Below the pieces are notes generated by a model. The model was not told the DNA's origin. It made no database searches and saw nothing but the letters and a program-made list of their open reading frames with translations. From a virus, in the IMG/VR virus record IMGVR_UViG_3300043436_003696, positions 26,099-90,098 of that record: a DNA stretch of 64,000 bases. One strand, given 5' to 3'. Positions 49,975-61,022 of this stretch are shown in pieces. The position numbers were made by a program, and so were the translations under genes. Positions within the stretch are counted from its first letter, which is position 1, and each line of letters opens with the position of its first letter.

Positions 49975-51489
49975 ATGAGTGGAAAAATTAAACCAGAGTT
50001 GAAGCTTTATCAAGATACATATAAAGATAAAGACTACAGTTCTATTACTGAACTATCAAGAGCAATGCAGTCAGAAGCTACATTGTTAACTCCTATTGTA
50101 ACTCACATGATTTACAATGACAAAGAATATGGTAAGAAAAACTTTCCTATTCTAGCTTACACAGAAGGAAGCAAAGCAGGTATTGAAGGTAAAGCTAAAA
50201 CTATTACCAAAGTAAAACTTGATGATGCTAACTTTGAATATAAATATCCAGTAATGGGCGCACCTAAAAAATCTTCTTTAGTAGTAAGAAGCTATTATAC
50301 TGCTGGTGATAGACCAGGTTTAGGTGGAAGTATTTTTAAAATTGTGTTTGCAGATAGATGGTTTTATCGCCAACAAACATTGTACCCACCTACAATTAAT
50401 AGAGCGCAACTACAATGTCGTGTACAAGAAGACCCTATTCCAGTATCAGATGGTTGGGAATATACTGTTAAAATCTTTGCAGGCACTTCTGGTTTATATA
50501 TGCCACTTAGCTGTTTAGCGCAAGGTAGTGTTTGGACTGGTGGTGTTGCTAAAGTACCTTTTGAAGGTTCAAAAGGAACTGAATCACGTTCACAAATGCC
50601 TAGTATGGCTACTAACATGATTAGCATGCATCGTAATTCTTACAAATACAAAGGAAATCTTGCTAAAAAAGTAATGCGTTTTCATATTCCTATTGATGGT
50701 AAACTATTCAAATCTTATATGGATTATGAATTGTACATGTCAATGTTATATTTTAATGAGGCTCGTGAACATGATATTTGGTGGTCGCAATACGCAAAAT
50801 CAAATACAGGTGAATTTTATACAGTAGATAATGAAACATCTATTCCAATTACATCTGGAGCTGGTATTGACCAACAAATTCCTACAAGTAATATTGATAC
50901 TTACTCAATATTGACCTATAACAAGTTCTTTAACATGGTTCGTGATGTTACTTTTAACATTACAGATGAAGTATCTGATATTCACGTTTACACAGGTAAA
51001 GGTGGTATGGAAGGATTTGATAAAATGATTAAAAATGAGTTAAAAGGATTTACTCAACTTATTGATAGTAGACAATTCTCTAAAGGAGAAAATACTTGGG
51101 ATATGGTTTACGGTTCGTTCTTTAGTTCATTCCGTCATATTGATGGTCAAATGTTAACAGTACATTATCATCCAATGTTTGATAGAGGTGTATATGCAGA
51201 AGGTCAACCTAAACATCCAGTTTCAGGATTACCAATTTGTTCACATCACTTCTACTTTATAGACCAAACAGTATATCAAGGAGAAGCTAATCTTCAATAT
51301 ATTGTTCAAGATGGTGCTGAGAACATTAACTTTGTAGTTCCGGGTGTTTATACCCCAATGGGTTACCCAGAAACAGTTTATCGTGCTACTGATAGAGATG
51401 CAACAAGTATTGAAAATGTAAGAACAGGTGGTATTCAAATTAAACGCCCATCATCTTGTTTCAAATTGTTATGTAATCTTGGTCAATAA
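49975..51489 (+). CDS. Major capsid protein (crAss-type)
   Basis: 504 aa; GAGIDQQI, VYTGKGGMEGFD, YGSFFSSFRHIDG...HPMFD; synteny. Confidence 0.9.
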   Translation: MSGKIKPELKLYQDTYKDKDYSSITELSRAMQSEATLLTPIVTHMIYNDKEYGKKNFPILAYTEGSKAGIEGKAKTITKVKLDDANFEYKYPVMGAPKKSSLVVRSYYTAGDRPGLGGSIFKIVFADRWFYRQQTLYPPTINRAQLQCRVQEDPIPVSDGWEYTVKIFAGTSGLYMPLSCLAQGSVWTGGVAKVPFEGSKGTESRSQMPSMATNMISMHRNSYKYKGNLAKKVMRFHIPIDGKLFKSYMDYELYMSMLYFNEAREHDIWWSQYAKSNTGEFYTVDNETSIPITSGAGIDQQIPTSNIDTYSILTYNKFFNMVRDVTFNITDEVSDIHVYTGKGGMEGFDKMIKNELKGFTQLIDSRQFSKGENTWDMVYGSFFSSFRHIDGQMLTVHYHPMFDRGVYAEGQPKHPVSGLPICSHHFYFIDQTVYQGEANLQYIVQDGAENINFVVPGVYTPMGYPETVYRATDRDATSIENVRTGGIQIKRPSSCFKLLCNLGQ

Positions 51490-51546
51490 GTAGCTTTGTA
51501 AAAATCCAAATAAAATAAATTTCAACTTAAACTTAATAAAATAAAA

Positions 51547-52497
51547 ATGGAAGCAATAGCTAAACAACAAGAAAAACCAACTGAAATAAAAACAGTTGAA
51601 CAAATCTATAAAATCACAGTTAATAGGAGAGAGGATGATTATCATCCTCTCCCTAAACAACTGCGAGATAGTTCATATTACAAAGGTAATATAAGTTCTC
51701 AATATAAAGTTATTAACGGTTATACTACTACCGCAATTATTAGAGGATTAGATACAAATCAAGAACGATTTTATTCTTCTCAATTAATTAATAAAAATCC
51801 TAAAGATTTAGGATTTGATGATGCAATGACAACTTTTTGGGCAGAATTTACTTTAGCTGTACCAGAAAGAGGTTTAATTTTAGATGCTTCTTACACTGAA
51901 GAAAAAGTTAAATTAGATGGTGAAGAAATATTTATTAAAAAACCTAAATATTTAGACCAGTATATTAAAGCTGAATTTGCAAAACAATCTAATGGAGTAG
52001 CTTTCTTACCAGAAGAACGTGATAATCCAGATTTGTTTAAATTCATTATGAATGATTTATCTGTAGCTAAAGCAGAAAGTCGTAAGAAATTTGACCAAAT
52101 ATCTATAGCAGATGCTAAATATGTTGAATTAGTTACTTTAGTAAAAGAAACTGGTAAAACTGAAAAAGTAGAATACATGTTAGACTTATTAAAAGAAGAC
52201 CATGAATTATTCTACAATGTAGATTTAACAGATAAATTAATGCGCCTTAAAGAAATAGCTAACCAAAAACCTGTTGAATTTGTTACAAAATACAACGATG
52301 ACTTATTGGAAGTAAAAGCTTTATTATATAGATTAACTCAAACAAGATTAATAACACTAGAAGGTGGAACATATTTCCTAGATAATAAACAAATTGGTGC
52401 GTATAAAGAAGCAATTACTTATTTAAATGACCAAACTAATTCTGGAGAAGTATCAAAACTAAAAGCTAGATTAAAAGATATTTTACTTAAAAAGTAA
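51547..52497 (+). CDS. Conserved crAss capsid-block protein
   Basis: Directly follows the MCP; 316 aa. Confidence 0.7.
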   Translation: MEAIAKQQEKPTEIKTVEQIYKITVNRREDDYHPLPKQLRDSSYYKGNISSQYKVINGYTTTAIIRGLDTNQERFYSSQLINKNPKDLGFDDAMTTFWAEFTLAVPERGLILDASYTEEKVKLDGEEIFIKKPKYLDQYIKAEFAKQSNGVAFLPEERDNPDLFKFIMNDLSVAKAESRKKFDQISIADAKYVELVTLVKETGKTEKVEYMLDLLKEDHELFYNVDLTDKLMRLKEIANQKPVEFVTKYNDDLLEVKALLYRLTQTRLITLEGGTYFLDNKQIGAYKEAITYLNDQTNSGEVSKLKARLKDILLKK

Positions 52498-52528
52498 AAA
52501 CAAATAAACAATCTAATAAAACAAAACA

Positions 52529-53851
52529 ATGAAAAAAATCTTAATCTTTACAGGCAACCAAGCCTATGCACCATCTAAAACTTCTAGTACTACTTTAACT
52601 GGTACTAACACAGAAAATTTAGCAAGTGGAGCAGTTGGTATTTACGGATTAGTTGAAATTGATGCAACTACCGCAGCTAACAACAATCGTTTTACATTAC
52701 TAACTAATGGAACTTCTTCAGCAGGTCTATGTCATGTAGATGATTTTATAACAGGTGGTGGTTCATTATTCCGTATTGTACAAGGTTACACTGAAACACC
52801 TGTTCAAACAGGTGATATTCAATGTAAAGGAATTACACGTATTATTAAACAAGCTTATACTGCTCCTGTACAAGGTGTGGCTGTAATTGGTTACAATGGT
52901 ACAAGCGGTTCTTTAAATTTACCTACTATCGTACAAAATGATTCAGCTACTTTGTTAGCTGTTCAACAAGAAGTTTCTACAAATGACCAGATTAGAGAAC
53001 AATTGCAATTTAATACTGCAACATTAGCCCCTTCTACAGCTGCTTATGACATTTTAGTACAACTTGCAAATGCAATTAATAGTGTTGCTAATATTGGAGT
53101 TGTAAGAACACATATTGCTGAAATTTTAGCTAATGGTGCTAGAACTACAATTGCAATTGGAGGTTCAATTACTGGTACTGGTGCTGCTGCTGTACAATTA
53201 GGTACAGCTACAAACGGTAGTAAAACAGTAACAATTACTTCAACAACTTTAACAGCTACTACAATTGCAGCCGGTAGTTTAATTACTATTGGTGGTGTAA
53301 CTTACAAAGTTGTTGGTACTCCTAACATTGCTGCAAATGTAATGACTATTACTTTAGATAACCCTTATGAAGGTGTTACTACTACAGCAACTCGTTTAGA
53401 TGGTAATGGTGGAGCTTCTCCAGTATTTGCTACTCAAGCAGCTTCTACAGAATTTGGATTACAGCTAACTACAATTAGCCCTAATTCAGTATTTAATTAT
53501 GCTAAACAAGGTGTTATTGAAAACGCTACTGTAACTTACACAGTTAATCCAAGTCAAGGATTAGGTACTGGTGCAGAAATTGTTAAAATTGAAGAAGGTC
53601 TTATTGCTTATAGAGGTCAGTTTGATACTTTCAGCAAATGGATGAAACAACTTCCTCGTTTTGCTAATGCAGATACTAATTACAATATCTACAGTATCTT
53701 ATTCCGCAATACTACTACTGAAAGTGGTGTAGAACATAATAAAGGAGATAATTCAGCAATTCAAATTGCTGTACCTACTACATGGACTGCCGTTACTACT
53801 TTTGAAGCTGTTTTGAAAAAATTAGCTCCAAACGCTATTATTAATTTTTAA
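52529..53851 (+). CDS. Structural protein (auxiliary capsid-like) with a Thr-rich beta insertion
   Basis: Synteny; KQAYTAP...QGLGTGAEIVKIE frame around a T/G-rich segment. Confidence 0.65.
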   Translation: MKKILIFTGNQAYAPSKTSSTTLTGTNTENLASGAVGIYGLVEIDATTAANNNRFTLLTNGTSSAGLCHVDDFITGGGSLFRIVQGYTETPVQTGDIQCKGITRIIKQAYTAPVQGVAVIGYNGTSGSLNLPTIVQNDSATLLAVQQEVSTNDQIREQLQFNTATLAPSTAAYDILVQLANAINSVANIGVVRTHIAEILANGARTTIAIGGSITGTGAAAVQLGTATNGSKTVTITSTTLTATTIAAGSLITIGGVTYKVVGTPNIAANVMTITLDNPYEGVTTTATRLDGNGGASPVFATQAASTEFGLQLTTISPNSVFNYAKQGVIENATVTYTVNPSQGLGTGAEIVKIEEGLIAYRGQFDTFSKWMKQLPRFANADTNYNIYSILFRNTTTESGVEHNKGDNSAIQIAVPTTWTAVTTFEAVLKKLAPNAIINF

Positions 53852-53860
53852 TCTTAACTA

Positions 53861-54544
53861 ATGACAGTTAAAGAAGCGTATATTTACATACAGCAAGGGG
53901 TGCAAGCAATTGCATCCTTTGCTTATGCAAATGTGCAATTACAAGAACTAGATTACAATTGGAATTATTGTACGGATTTATTTATTCAATTAGCTTTTCC
54001 TGATAAATATGCAGTACAAAAACCAGAAAAATATCAAGATGTACAAGCATCTATTGATGATTTAAAAATATTAGAAGTATTAGGAAATACTAATACTTTA
54101 TTAACAACTACTATAGGTAGTTATCCTGTTAGTTACATAACATTACCTGAAAATTACAGGCATTTGTTAAACGACAGTACTTTAGTAAAACCATTAAATT
54201 GTGATATTACAAGAGAAGTACCTAACAGATTAACAGAAACAGAAGATATAAAAACGATATTAGAAAACTCAATATTTAAAACTAGTCAAGAAAGCCCTAT
54301 TTCTCATTTATCTGGTAATAATTTATATGTTTATAATTTTTATAAAAACATAAAACAGTTTAATATAGAAGCTATTTATATGGATTATCTATCTAAACCT
54401 ACTAAAGTAGCTTTTGGTAATAATGGTAGTACAGTATTACAATTTCCTGACCAAACATGTTTTAAAATTATAAAAACAGCTATTATATACATGTCTATAA
54501 TAGCAGAACAAAACCCAAATAAAATACAATTATTAAAACAATAA
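53861..54544 (+). CDS. Ring/tail-tube-like structural protein
   Basis: MTVKE, IDDLKIL, LPENYRHL, MDYLSKPTKV; synteny. Confidence 0.7.
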   Translation: MTVKEAYIYIQQGVQAIASFAYANVQLQELDYNWNYCTDLFIQLAFPDKYAVQKPEKYQDVQASIDDLKILEVLGNTNTLLTTTIGSYPVSYITLPENYRHLLNDSTLVKPLNCDITREVPNRLTETEDIKTILENSIFKTSQESPISHLSGNNLYVYNFYKNIKQFNIEAIYMDYLSKPTKVAFGNNGSTVLQFPDQTCFKIIKTAIIYMSIIAEQNPNKIQLLKQ

Positions 54545-54545
54545 T

Positions 54546-55436
54546 ATGGCTTTAGAATTAATTGCTACAGGAACATTAGATAAAACAGGTAAAATTATTA
54601 CAATAAATGATGTTACTGGCGGAGATAATTTAGCAGGTAGTAAAAAATATTCTACTGGAATAACTAATCTTAATAGAAGTAAAAATAATACAGTAACAGA
54701 AATTGTTATAACAATGGCTAATGGTACTGTGCATACTTTTTATAAAAATGCTTCTTTTAATTCTGTTGATATTAATATTTCAGCAACAGATGAAAATAAT
54801 TTAATGCCTAAAACAGTAGTATCCGTAGATATTAGTAACCTTGAATTAGGTATTAATACTGTTTTACCAGTTGGTATTATAAAAGTAGAATATTATGTTT
54901 GGTATATTTTAAGTGGTTTAACTAGTGGTCAAGGTAAAAAACTTACTACTACTACTATTAGTGTAGCTGGTACAACAAATTTAAATTTAAATAGTTTTTT
55001 ATATGATACTGATTTAATTAAAGTAATTTATTCAAGTACTACAGTACCAATATCTCAAGCTAAAGTAGTTACTAATGTTGTAACTAATATAGATACTTAT
55101 TTAAATACAAAAGTAATTAATTTAAATAAACCTATATTAAATGAGCTAATACCTGAAAATTCTTCTGTAATTATAATGGCTGGTTATAAAACTACTGTTT
55201 ACATAAAATCTGATGTAGAATTATTAGAATGTTTTCAACCAAAAATAGCTAAAACATCTATACAAAAAAAATCTTGTTGTAGTACATGTAAAGGTTCTGA
55301 TATTGATGCTTTAAAAGACGTTTTAGACGGTCTTTTTATTGTAGATGCTCAACTAGAGGCTGAATTATATGTTCAAGCTGATAGTAATTTAAAAACACTT
55401 TTAAAAATATGCAAATCTGATGGTTGTAACTGTTGA
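54546..55436 (+). CDS. Structural protein with Cys-rich C-terminus
   Basis: CCSTC...ICKSDGCNC; tail region. Confidence 0.6.
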   Translation: MALELIATGTLDKTGKIITINDVTGGDNLAGSKKYSTGITNLNRSKNNTVTEIVITMANGTVHTFYKNASFNSVDINISATDENNLMPKTVVSVDISNLELGINTVLPVGIIKVEYYVWYILSGLTSGQGKKLTTTTISVAGTTNLNLNSFLYDTDLIKVIYSSTTVPISQAKVVTNVVTNIDTYLNTKVINLNKPILNELIPENSSVIIMAGYKTTVYIKSDVELLECFQPKIAKTSIQKKSCCSTCKGSDIDALKDVLDGLFIVDAQLEAELYVQADSNLKTLLKICKSDGCNC

Positions 55437-55692
55437 TGAACTAATTCAAATTAATTCTGACCTTGTATATTATTATGCTAATATAGGAGAACATAAATTT
55501 AATAATTTAAGATTTGCTACAGAATTTTGTCTTGATAAACAATCTGTACTAAAAGAATTAACATTATACCAATGGGTATTAAATTATTGGGAACAATATT
55601 TTGATGGTACGCCTAAAGAAAACAATTATATTACTCAAGAAGAATTTAATATAATGATTAATAGAATAAAATTTATAATTTATAATAGATAA
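55420..55692 (+). CDS. Small structural protein
   Basis: Coupled to neighbours; NYITQEEFN...I C-terminal motif. Confidence 0.55.
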   Translation: MVVTVDELIQINSDLVYYYANIGEHKFNNLRFATEFCLDKQSVLKELTLYQWVLNYWEQYFDGTPKENNYITQEEFNIMINRIKFIIYNR

Positions 55693-58600
55693 TGAATACT
55701 AATATATTTGGTAAATATTCAAAAAATTCTAAACCTCAAATAGGTTTAATTTCTTACGATAATTTGTTTGATTTACCTAAACCTTCTAACAATGGTGAAG
55801 ATGGATTAGATGGAAAATCTATATATATTATAAGCTATTCTTACACATTACTAGGAGATACAGAAATATTATTTTCTGATGGTAATACAGTTATTGTAAA
55901 AAAAGGAGATAAAGGAAATAAAGGAGATGGTGGTGAAAATGGATTAGCCCCAGAACATGAATGGTCTGGAACTTTTTTACGTTTTAAAAATCCTAATAAT
56001 ACATGGGGTAGTTACACAAATTTAAAAGGAGATAAAGGGAATAAAGGTGATATTGGAGAGTCAGGAGAATCTATAGAAATAGTTTCATATAGTTATGATT
56101 TATTTGGTAATACAGATATATTATTTTCAGATGCTAGTACTGTAAAAGTTTTAAGAGGTCAAACAGGACTTAGTTCATACAATTTTACTAATGGTACAAT
56201 ACTAGATACTATTAATGTTAAACTAGGAGGTAGTTTAACAGAAAATACTACTATTGCAACAGATGGTTATTCTTTTTATTTAGGTGATAATTTTGCTAGT
56301 TTAAGATATAATCAATTTAATGCTGGTAATTTATTTTTAGCGCATGATAAAAATAATGAATTAAGTTTTAGTATAGCTAACGCTAATGCAGGTGAAAACG
56401 CTTCTATAAATTATGGGTTTATAAATGATACAGCAGCTTATGGCTTATCTTTTTCTTATTACTCATCGTTATATGCACAAAATACTTATGATGATGTAGC
56501 TAATACAGCAGAACTTAAATTTTGGAAAAAGGGTAATATATTACATACTCAAAATGTAGGTTTAGATTTTTGGTATGGAAATCCTACTACTTTAGTTTAT
56601 TATAAAATGCTTTCTTTTTATAATAACAAAGTAGGTATTGGTAATTTTAATACAAACTCAACAGATATTAATAGTACATTACATTTAAAAGGTAGTTATT
56701 CAACATCAGGTTTTACAGGTAAAATAGATAATTATACTATAACAGCAGATGATTATATTGTTACTTTTCATTTAGCTGCTATAAATAGAACATGTACAAT
56801 ACCTGTACACTCAACAGCTAATTTTGGGGCAGGTAAAAGATTTATTATTCGTAATTTAAATCTGTCCACAGGTAATTTAACAATACAATTAAGTGGAGCA
56901 GATAAATTTGATGGTGGTATTTCTGCAATAAATTCTTTAGTTTTATTACCTAATCAATCAGTAGAAATAATATCATTTAATAACAGTAATTGGAGTGTAT
57001 TATCTTCAACAATTGCTAATACTGGTAGTGGATTTGTTCCATATACAGGAGCAACTCAAAATGTAAACTTAGGTGGTTATGATTTGATTGCTAATTCGAT
57101 TATTAAAAATGGAGGTACTTCAAGTCAATTCTTAAAAGCAGATGGAAGTATTGATTCAACATCATACTACCCTAACAGCAACCCAAGCGGATTCATAACA
57201 AGTGCAGCGTTAAGCGGTTACATAAGCGGTTCACTAACTACTGGATATTTACCTGTTGCAACAGGAGCAGGTACGGTGGCAAATAGTGTGTTGCGAGAAG
57301 TATCAGGCAATTTAGGATTAGGAGTTACACCGAGTGCGTGGAGTGGAGTTAAAACATTACAAATTGGTAATTCAAGTTTTCTTGATTCTCTAATAAGTTT
57401 GCAATTAACATATAATGCATATTATAATGGTAGTAATTGGATATATATTAAATCTGATGCTGCTTCTAACTATTATCAAGCAAGTGGACGCCATTCTTGG
57501 AGAACCGCCCCTTCAGGAACGGCAGGTAACGTTTTAACAACCTTTCCCGACTTAATGACGTTAGCAGCTACTGGTAACCTACTAATAGGAACAACAGTCG
57601 ATAACGGAGTAGATAGATTACAGGTTAATGGTAGTGCAAGAATTAATAGTACTCTTACTGTTGGTAGTTTAGCAGGAACAGGTACACGAATAGTAACAGC
57701 CGATACTAATGGAGTGTTGGAAAAAATATTAGGTACATCAAGTCAATATGTGCGTGGTGATGGTAGCTTGGCAACATTCCCAAGTATAACGGGATTAGTT
57801 CCATATACAGGGGCAACTGCAAATGTAGATTTAGGAACTTTTGATTTGACCGCAGATGTTATTACAGGTACAATAGGTTCTTATACAAGTTCTGGTAATG
57901 GTAATACTTTAAGCGTTACCCATTCAAGTGGTAGCGGTATTGCTTTGAATATTACTAAAAGTGGTAATGGAGAAGGTTTATACATAAACAAAACAAGTGG
58001 TTCGGGTAACGCTGCAACAATCATAGGTACGTTAAACGCAACTACTTTAGTTAAGTCAGGAGGTACTTCAAGTCAATTCTTAAAAGCAGATGGAAGTATT
58101 GATTCAAATAGTTATCTAACATCAATAAATGGAATAGCTGCTGGTGGTGATTTAAGTGGTACATATCAAAGTCCAAATGTCAGTGGGTTGTTAGGTTCTC
58201 CTTTACCATTTTTTGGGGGAATTAGTGGTGACACTTTATTGTTAGGAAAAGACATTTCAACAGGAGATTGGACAACAATATCTTTGTCCAACATAATTAC
58301 TTTTAGTAAATTATCTGAACCTTTGTATGTATATACAGACCTTTTTGGTAATAAATTTCTTGATATACGAGTTGCAACAGCAAGCCAAAATGGAGTTTTG
58401 TCATCTAGTGCATTTACTACATTTACTAATAAACAAAATGCAATAACACTAACAACTACAGGAACTTCGGGTGCAGCTACTTTTTTAGGAGATACATTAA
58501 ATGTACCCAATTATACTTTAGCAGGGTTAGATGGTGTTCCAACTGGAAGAACATTAACAATAAATGGAACGGCATTTGATTTAAGTGCAAATAGAAGCTG

Positions 58601-59552
58601 GAATGTAGGAACAGTAACAGGTGTTACAGGAACAACTAACAGAATAACATCAAGTGGAGGTGCTACACCAATAATAGATATTGCTTCTACCTATGTAGGG
58701 CAATTATCAATAACTACTTTAGGAACTATTGGAACTGGTGTATGGCAAGGTACAGCAATAGGAGATGCTTATATTTCAAGTGCAGCTATTTGGAACGCTA
58801 AAATAGGTGGCTCACTAACTACTGGTTATTTACCCGTAGCAACTGGAGCAGGTACGGTGGCAAATAGTGTGTTGTTTCAAAATGGTAATAACGTAGGTAT
58901 TGGAGTAAGTCCACTTTATAATTTACATATTCAAGATTCTAAAGCATTGGGGTTGTATTCTTACTTAGAAAATACTAGTTCTAATTCAATTGCAAGTGCT
59001 AGTTATATAGCTAAATCTCAATCAGGTGTTACAATAGGAATGACTGCTTTAAATCAGGGTGGTGGTGCGCTGATTAATTCTTCACATAATTTAACAATAG
59101 AAGCAAGTGGTGGTGGTGGTATGGTGCTACAAACAAATGGTCAAATTATAACTAATGGGGCGGTTAATAGTGGAGAACATTTTATTATTGGTGGTAGTGC
59201 TAGAATTAGTGGAACTCTTAGAGCTGCACAAATAAGCACAACAAAACAAACACTAACACCTACTGGAACAACGCAAACAATAGATTGGAATAACGGAAGC
59301 ATAGTTGACCTTGTATTAAGTTCGGCAACTGGAAACGTTACTCTCACATTATTGAATGCGCAAAACGCTATTTGCCCTTTAATAGAAGTAACTAATGGTG
59401 CAACTCCTAGAAATTTAATCTTCCCAACAGGAACAATTCAAGCTAATGGAGGTGGAAATGTTTACGTTGGAACTGCAAATAGAAAAGACGTTATTGCGGT
59501 ACTATGGGATGGGACTCAATTTCTAATATCTGTTTCACGAAATTTTGCATAA
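55692..59552 (+). CDS. Tail fibre/receptor-binding protein
   Basis: Collagen-like GDKGNKGD repeats, G/T/S-rich fibre motifs (GGTSSQFLKADGS, VPYTGAT, GNLLIGTT, NVGIG), internal duplications. Confidence 0.88.
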   Translation: MNTNIFGKYSKNSKPQIGLISYDNLFDLPKPSNNGEDGLDGKSIYIISYSYTLLGDTEILFSDGNTVIVKKGDKGNKGDGGENGLAPEHEWSGTFLRFKNPNNTWGSYTNLKGDKGNKGDIGESGESIEIVSYSYDLFGNTDILFSDASTVKVLRGQTGLSSYNFTNGTILDTINVKLGGSLTENTTIATDGYSFYLGDNFASLRYNQFNAGNLFLAHDKNNELSFSIANANAGENASINYGFINDTAAYGLSFSYYSSLYAQNTYDDVANTAELKFWKKGNILHTQNVGLDFWYGNPTTLVYYKMLSFYNNKVGIGNFNTNSTDINSTLHLKGSYSTSGFTGKIDNYTITADDYIVTFHLAAINRTCTIPVHSTANFGAGKRFIIRNLNLSTGNLTIQLSGADKFDGGISAINSLVLLPNQSVEIISFNNSNWSVLSSTIANTGSGFVPYTGATQNVNLGGYDLIANSIIKNGGTSSQFLKADGSIDSTSYYPNSNPSGFITSAALSGYISGSLTTGYLPVATGAGTVANSVLREVSGNLGLGVTPSAWSGVKTLQIGNSSFLDSLISLQLTYNAYYNGSNWIYIKSDAASNYYQASGRHSWRTAPSGTAGNVLTTFPDLMTLAATGNLLIGTTVDNGVDRLQVNGSARINSTLTVGSLAGTGTRIVTADTNGVLEKILGTSSQYVRGDGSLATFPSITGLVPYTGATANVDLGTFDLTADVITGTIGSYTSSGNGNTLSVTHSSGSGIALNITKSGNGEGLYINKTSGSGNAATIIGTLNATTLVKSGGTSSQFLKADGSIDSNSYLTSINGIAAGGDLSGTYQSPNVSGLLGSPLPFFGGISGDTLLLGKDISTGDWTTISLSNIITFSKLSEPLYVYTDLFGNKFLDIRVATASQNGVLSSSAFTTFTNKQNAITLTTTGTSGAATFLGDTLNVPNYTLAGLDGVPTGRTLTINGTAFDLSANRSWNVGTVTGVTGTTNRITSSGGATPIIDIASTYVGQLSITTLGTIGTGVWQGTAIGDAYISSAAIWNAKIGGSLTTGYLPVATGAGTVANSVLFQNGNNVGIGVSPLYNLHIQDSKALGLYSYLENTSSNSIASASYIAKSQSGVTIGMTALNQGGGALINSSHNLTIEASGGGGMVLQTNGQIITNGAVNSGEHFIIGGSARISGTLRAAQISTTKQTLTPTGTTQTIDWNNGSIVDLVLSSATGNVTLTLLNAQNAICPLIEVTNGATPRNLIFPTGTIQANGGGNVYVGTANRKDVIAVLWDGTQFLISVSRNFA

Positions 59553-59555
59553 CAT

Positions 59556-60425
59556 ATGTTTGGTAACGCTTTCTTTTTTTCATCGAGATTAATACTTGAC
59601 GGCTTAAATAGTGCTGCTGCGTATAGTTTACGAAAACTTCGTACTGAATACTTAGGTGCAGCTATTAATGTAAGAAGAAGTAGCGACAGTGCCACTCAGG
59701 ATATTGGCTTTACAGCAAGTGGTGATTTAGATACTGTAACTTTGCTAGCATTTGTAGGTGTTGGTAATAATGGCTTTGTAACAACGTGGTACGACCAATC
59801 GGGCAATGGTCGCAATGCAACTCAAGCCACGGCAGGATCGCAGCCGCAAATTGTTAGCAATGGTGCGATACAGACGGAAAACGGACGGCCCACGCTGCGC
59901 TTTGACGGCATAGATGATTATTTAGCTGCCCCTTCTCCGCTTATTAACACAACGCACAGTTTGTTTATTCTGTTCACACCGAAGATTGAAAATGAATTCG
60001 GGACTGTTTTTGGGCAGTGGTCTTCTGGGCAAACTGACCGTTTTTACATTATTGCAAACCAAAATTCGGCTGGACCTATTTCGGCTGGGTTCTTAAACGT
60101 AGCCAACATTGCAGCGACAGGAGGCAACGGAACCAACGGTTTAGCCGCAGATGTTGCTATTTCAAATACACCCACTTTAATCACATCTATATCAACCACC
60201 GGAAGCGAGCAGTGGAAACTGTTTAAGAACGGCACACAATGGGAAAGCGCAACAATTACGAGCCTCTATACGGGGGTTAATAGTGCTATAGGTTCGTTGA
60301 ATGGAACTGCATCATTGCTCACATTTGACGGCACTGTATCAGAATTGATTTCGTTCCCCTCCGTCCTCTCCACCACCAACCGCCAAGCACTCGAGCGTAA
60401 CCAAGGGCAATTTTACAGTATATAA
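59556..60425 (+). CDS. LamG/ConA-like carbohydrate-binding virion protein
   Basis: AAYSLRKL...VRRSSD...DIGF...VTTWYDQSGNGRNATQ...FDGIDDYL. Confidence 0.8.
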   Translation: MFGNAFFFSSRLILDGLNSAAAYSLRKLRTEYLGAAINVRRSSDSATQDIGFTASGDLDTVTLLAFVGVGNNGFVTTWYDQSGNGRNATQATAGSQPQIVSNGAIQTENGRPTLRFDGIDDYLAAPSPLINTTHSLFILFTPKIENEFGTVFGQWSSGQTDRFYIIANQNSAGPISAGFLNVANIAATGGNGTNGLAADVAISNTPTLITSISTTGSEQWKLFKNGTQWESATITSLYTGVNSAIGSLNGTASLLTFDGTVSELISFPSVLSTTNRQALERNQGQFYSI

Positions 60426-60622
60426 CACCTTTGCGGGGGGGGTGTTAGCCTGAACGCTAACGCCTGCCGCCTTGCGAAGCAAAAGCCTTTTGCGTGACAG
60501 CTGCTGTTTTTTTTCTCGTTGATTTTCAGTGCTTTAGAAAATAATTTGAAAATATATTTGAAAAAGTTTGCACAATCAAAACAAGTGTTATTTATTTGTA
60601 CCAACAAAAACGGTAAAACAAA

Positions 60623-60817
60623 ATGACAAATTTAAAAACAACACTTGGACTTAGAAACAACATCGACCAATTTTCAACTTTGGAAGGTGCTAACAGATGG
60701 GCAAACAACTGCGTAAAATTACATATTGTCTTGCTTGGCGATAACGGCAAATATTGGGTTGCTTGTTTTGTAGATGCTCAAAAACTTTCTAAAATGGGTT
60801 ATGAAATTGCAGCATAA
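60623..60817 (+). CDS. Hypothetical protein
   Basis: 64 aa ORF with an A-rich leader. Confidence 0.6.
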   Translation: MTNLKTTLGLRNNIDQFSTLEGANRWANNCVKLHIVLLGDNGKYWVACFVDAQKLSKMGYEIAA

Positions 60818-60970
60818 GAAAAAAAAAGTGGCGGCACTAGAAAAGGTTCGGGTGCTAAACCTAAATATAATGAGCAAACTAAAACAGTTGCATTTCGCTG
60901 TCCGCTGTCAAGAGTAGATGAGCTGAAATTAATCATTAAGTCTAAACTCTCGGATTGGATGGTAAAATAG
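60801..60970 (+). pseudogene. Small DNA-binding protein gene frameshifted at an A9 tract
   Basis: The frame SGGTRKGSGAKPKYNEQTKTVAFRCP...WMVK* has no in-frame start; the ATG at 60801 is one frame off across A9 (60819-60827). Confidence 0.5.
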
Positions 60971-61022
60971 CCTATAACGCCCGCAGCCTTACGCAGTGCG
61001 GCTTAACAAGTAAAATTTATAG

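Noticed and set aside
60566-60598. Promoter inside the cassette array
   Set aside because: TTTG...TTTATTTG deviates from TAnnTTTG at a conserved position; plausible but not supportable
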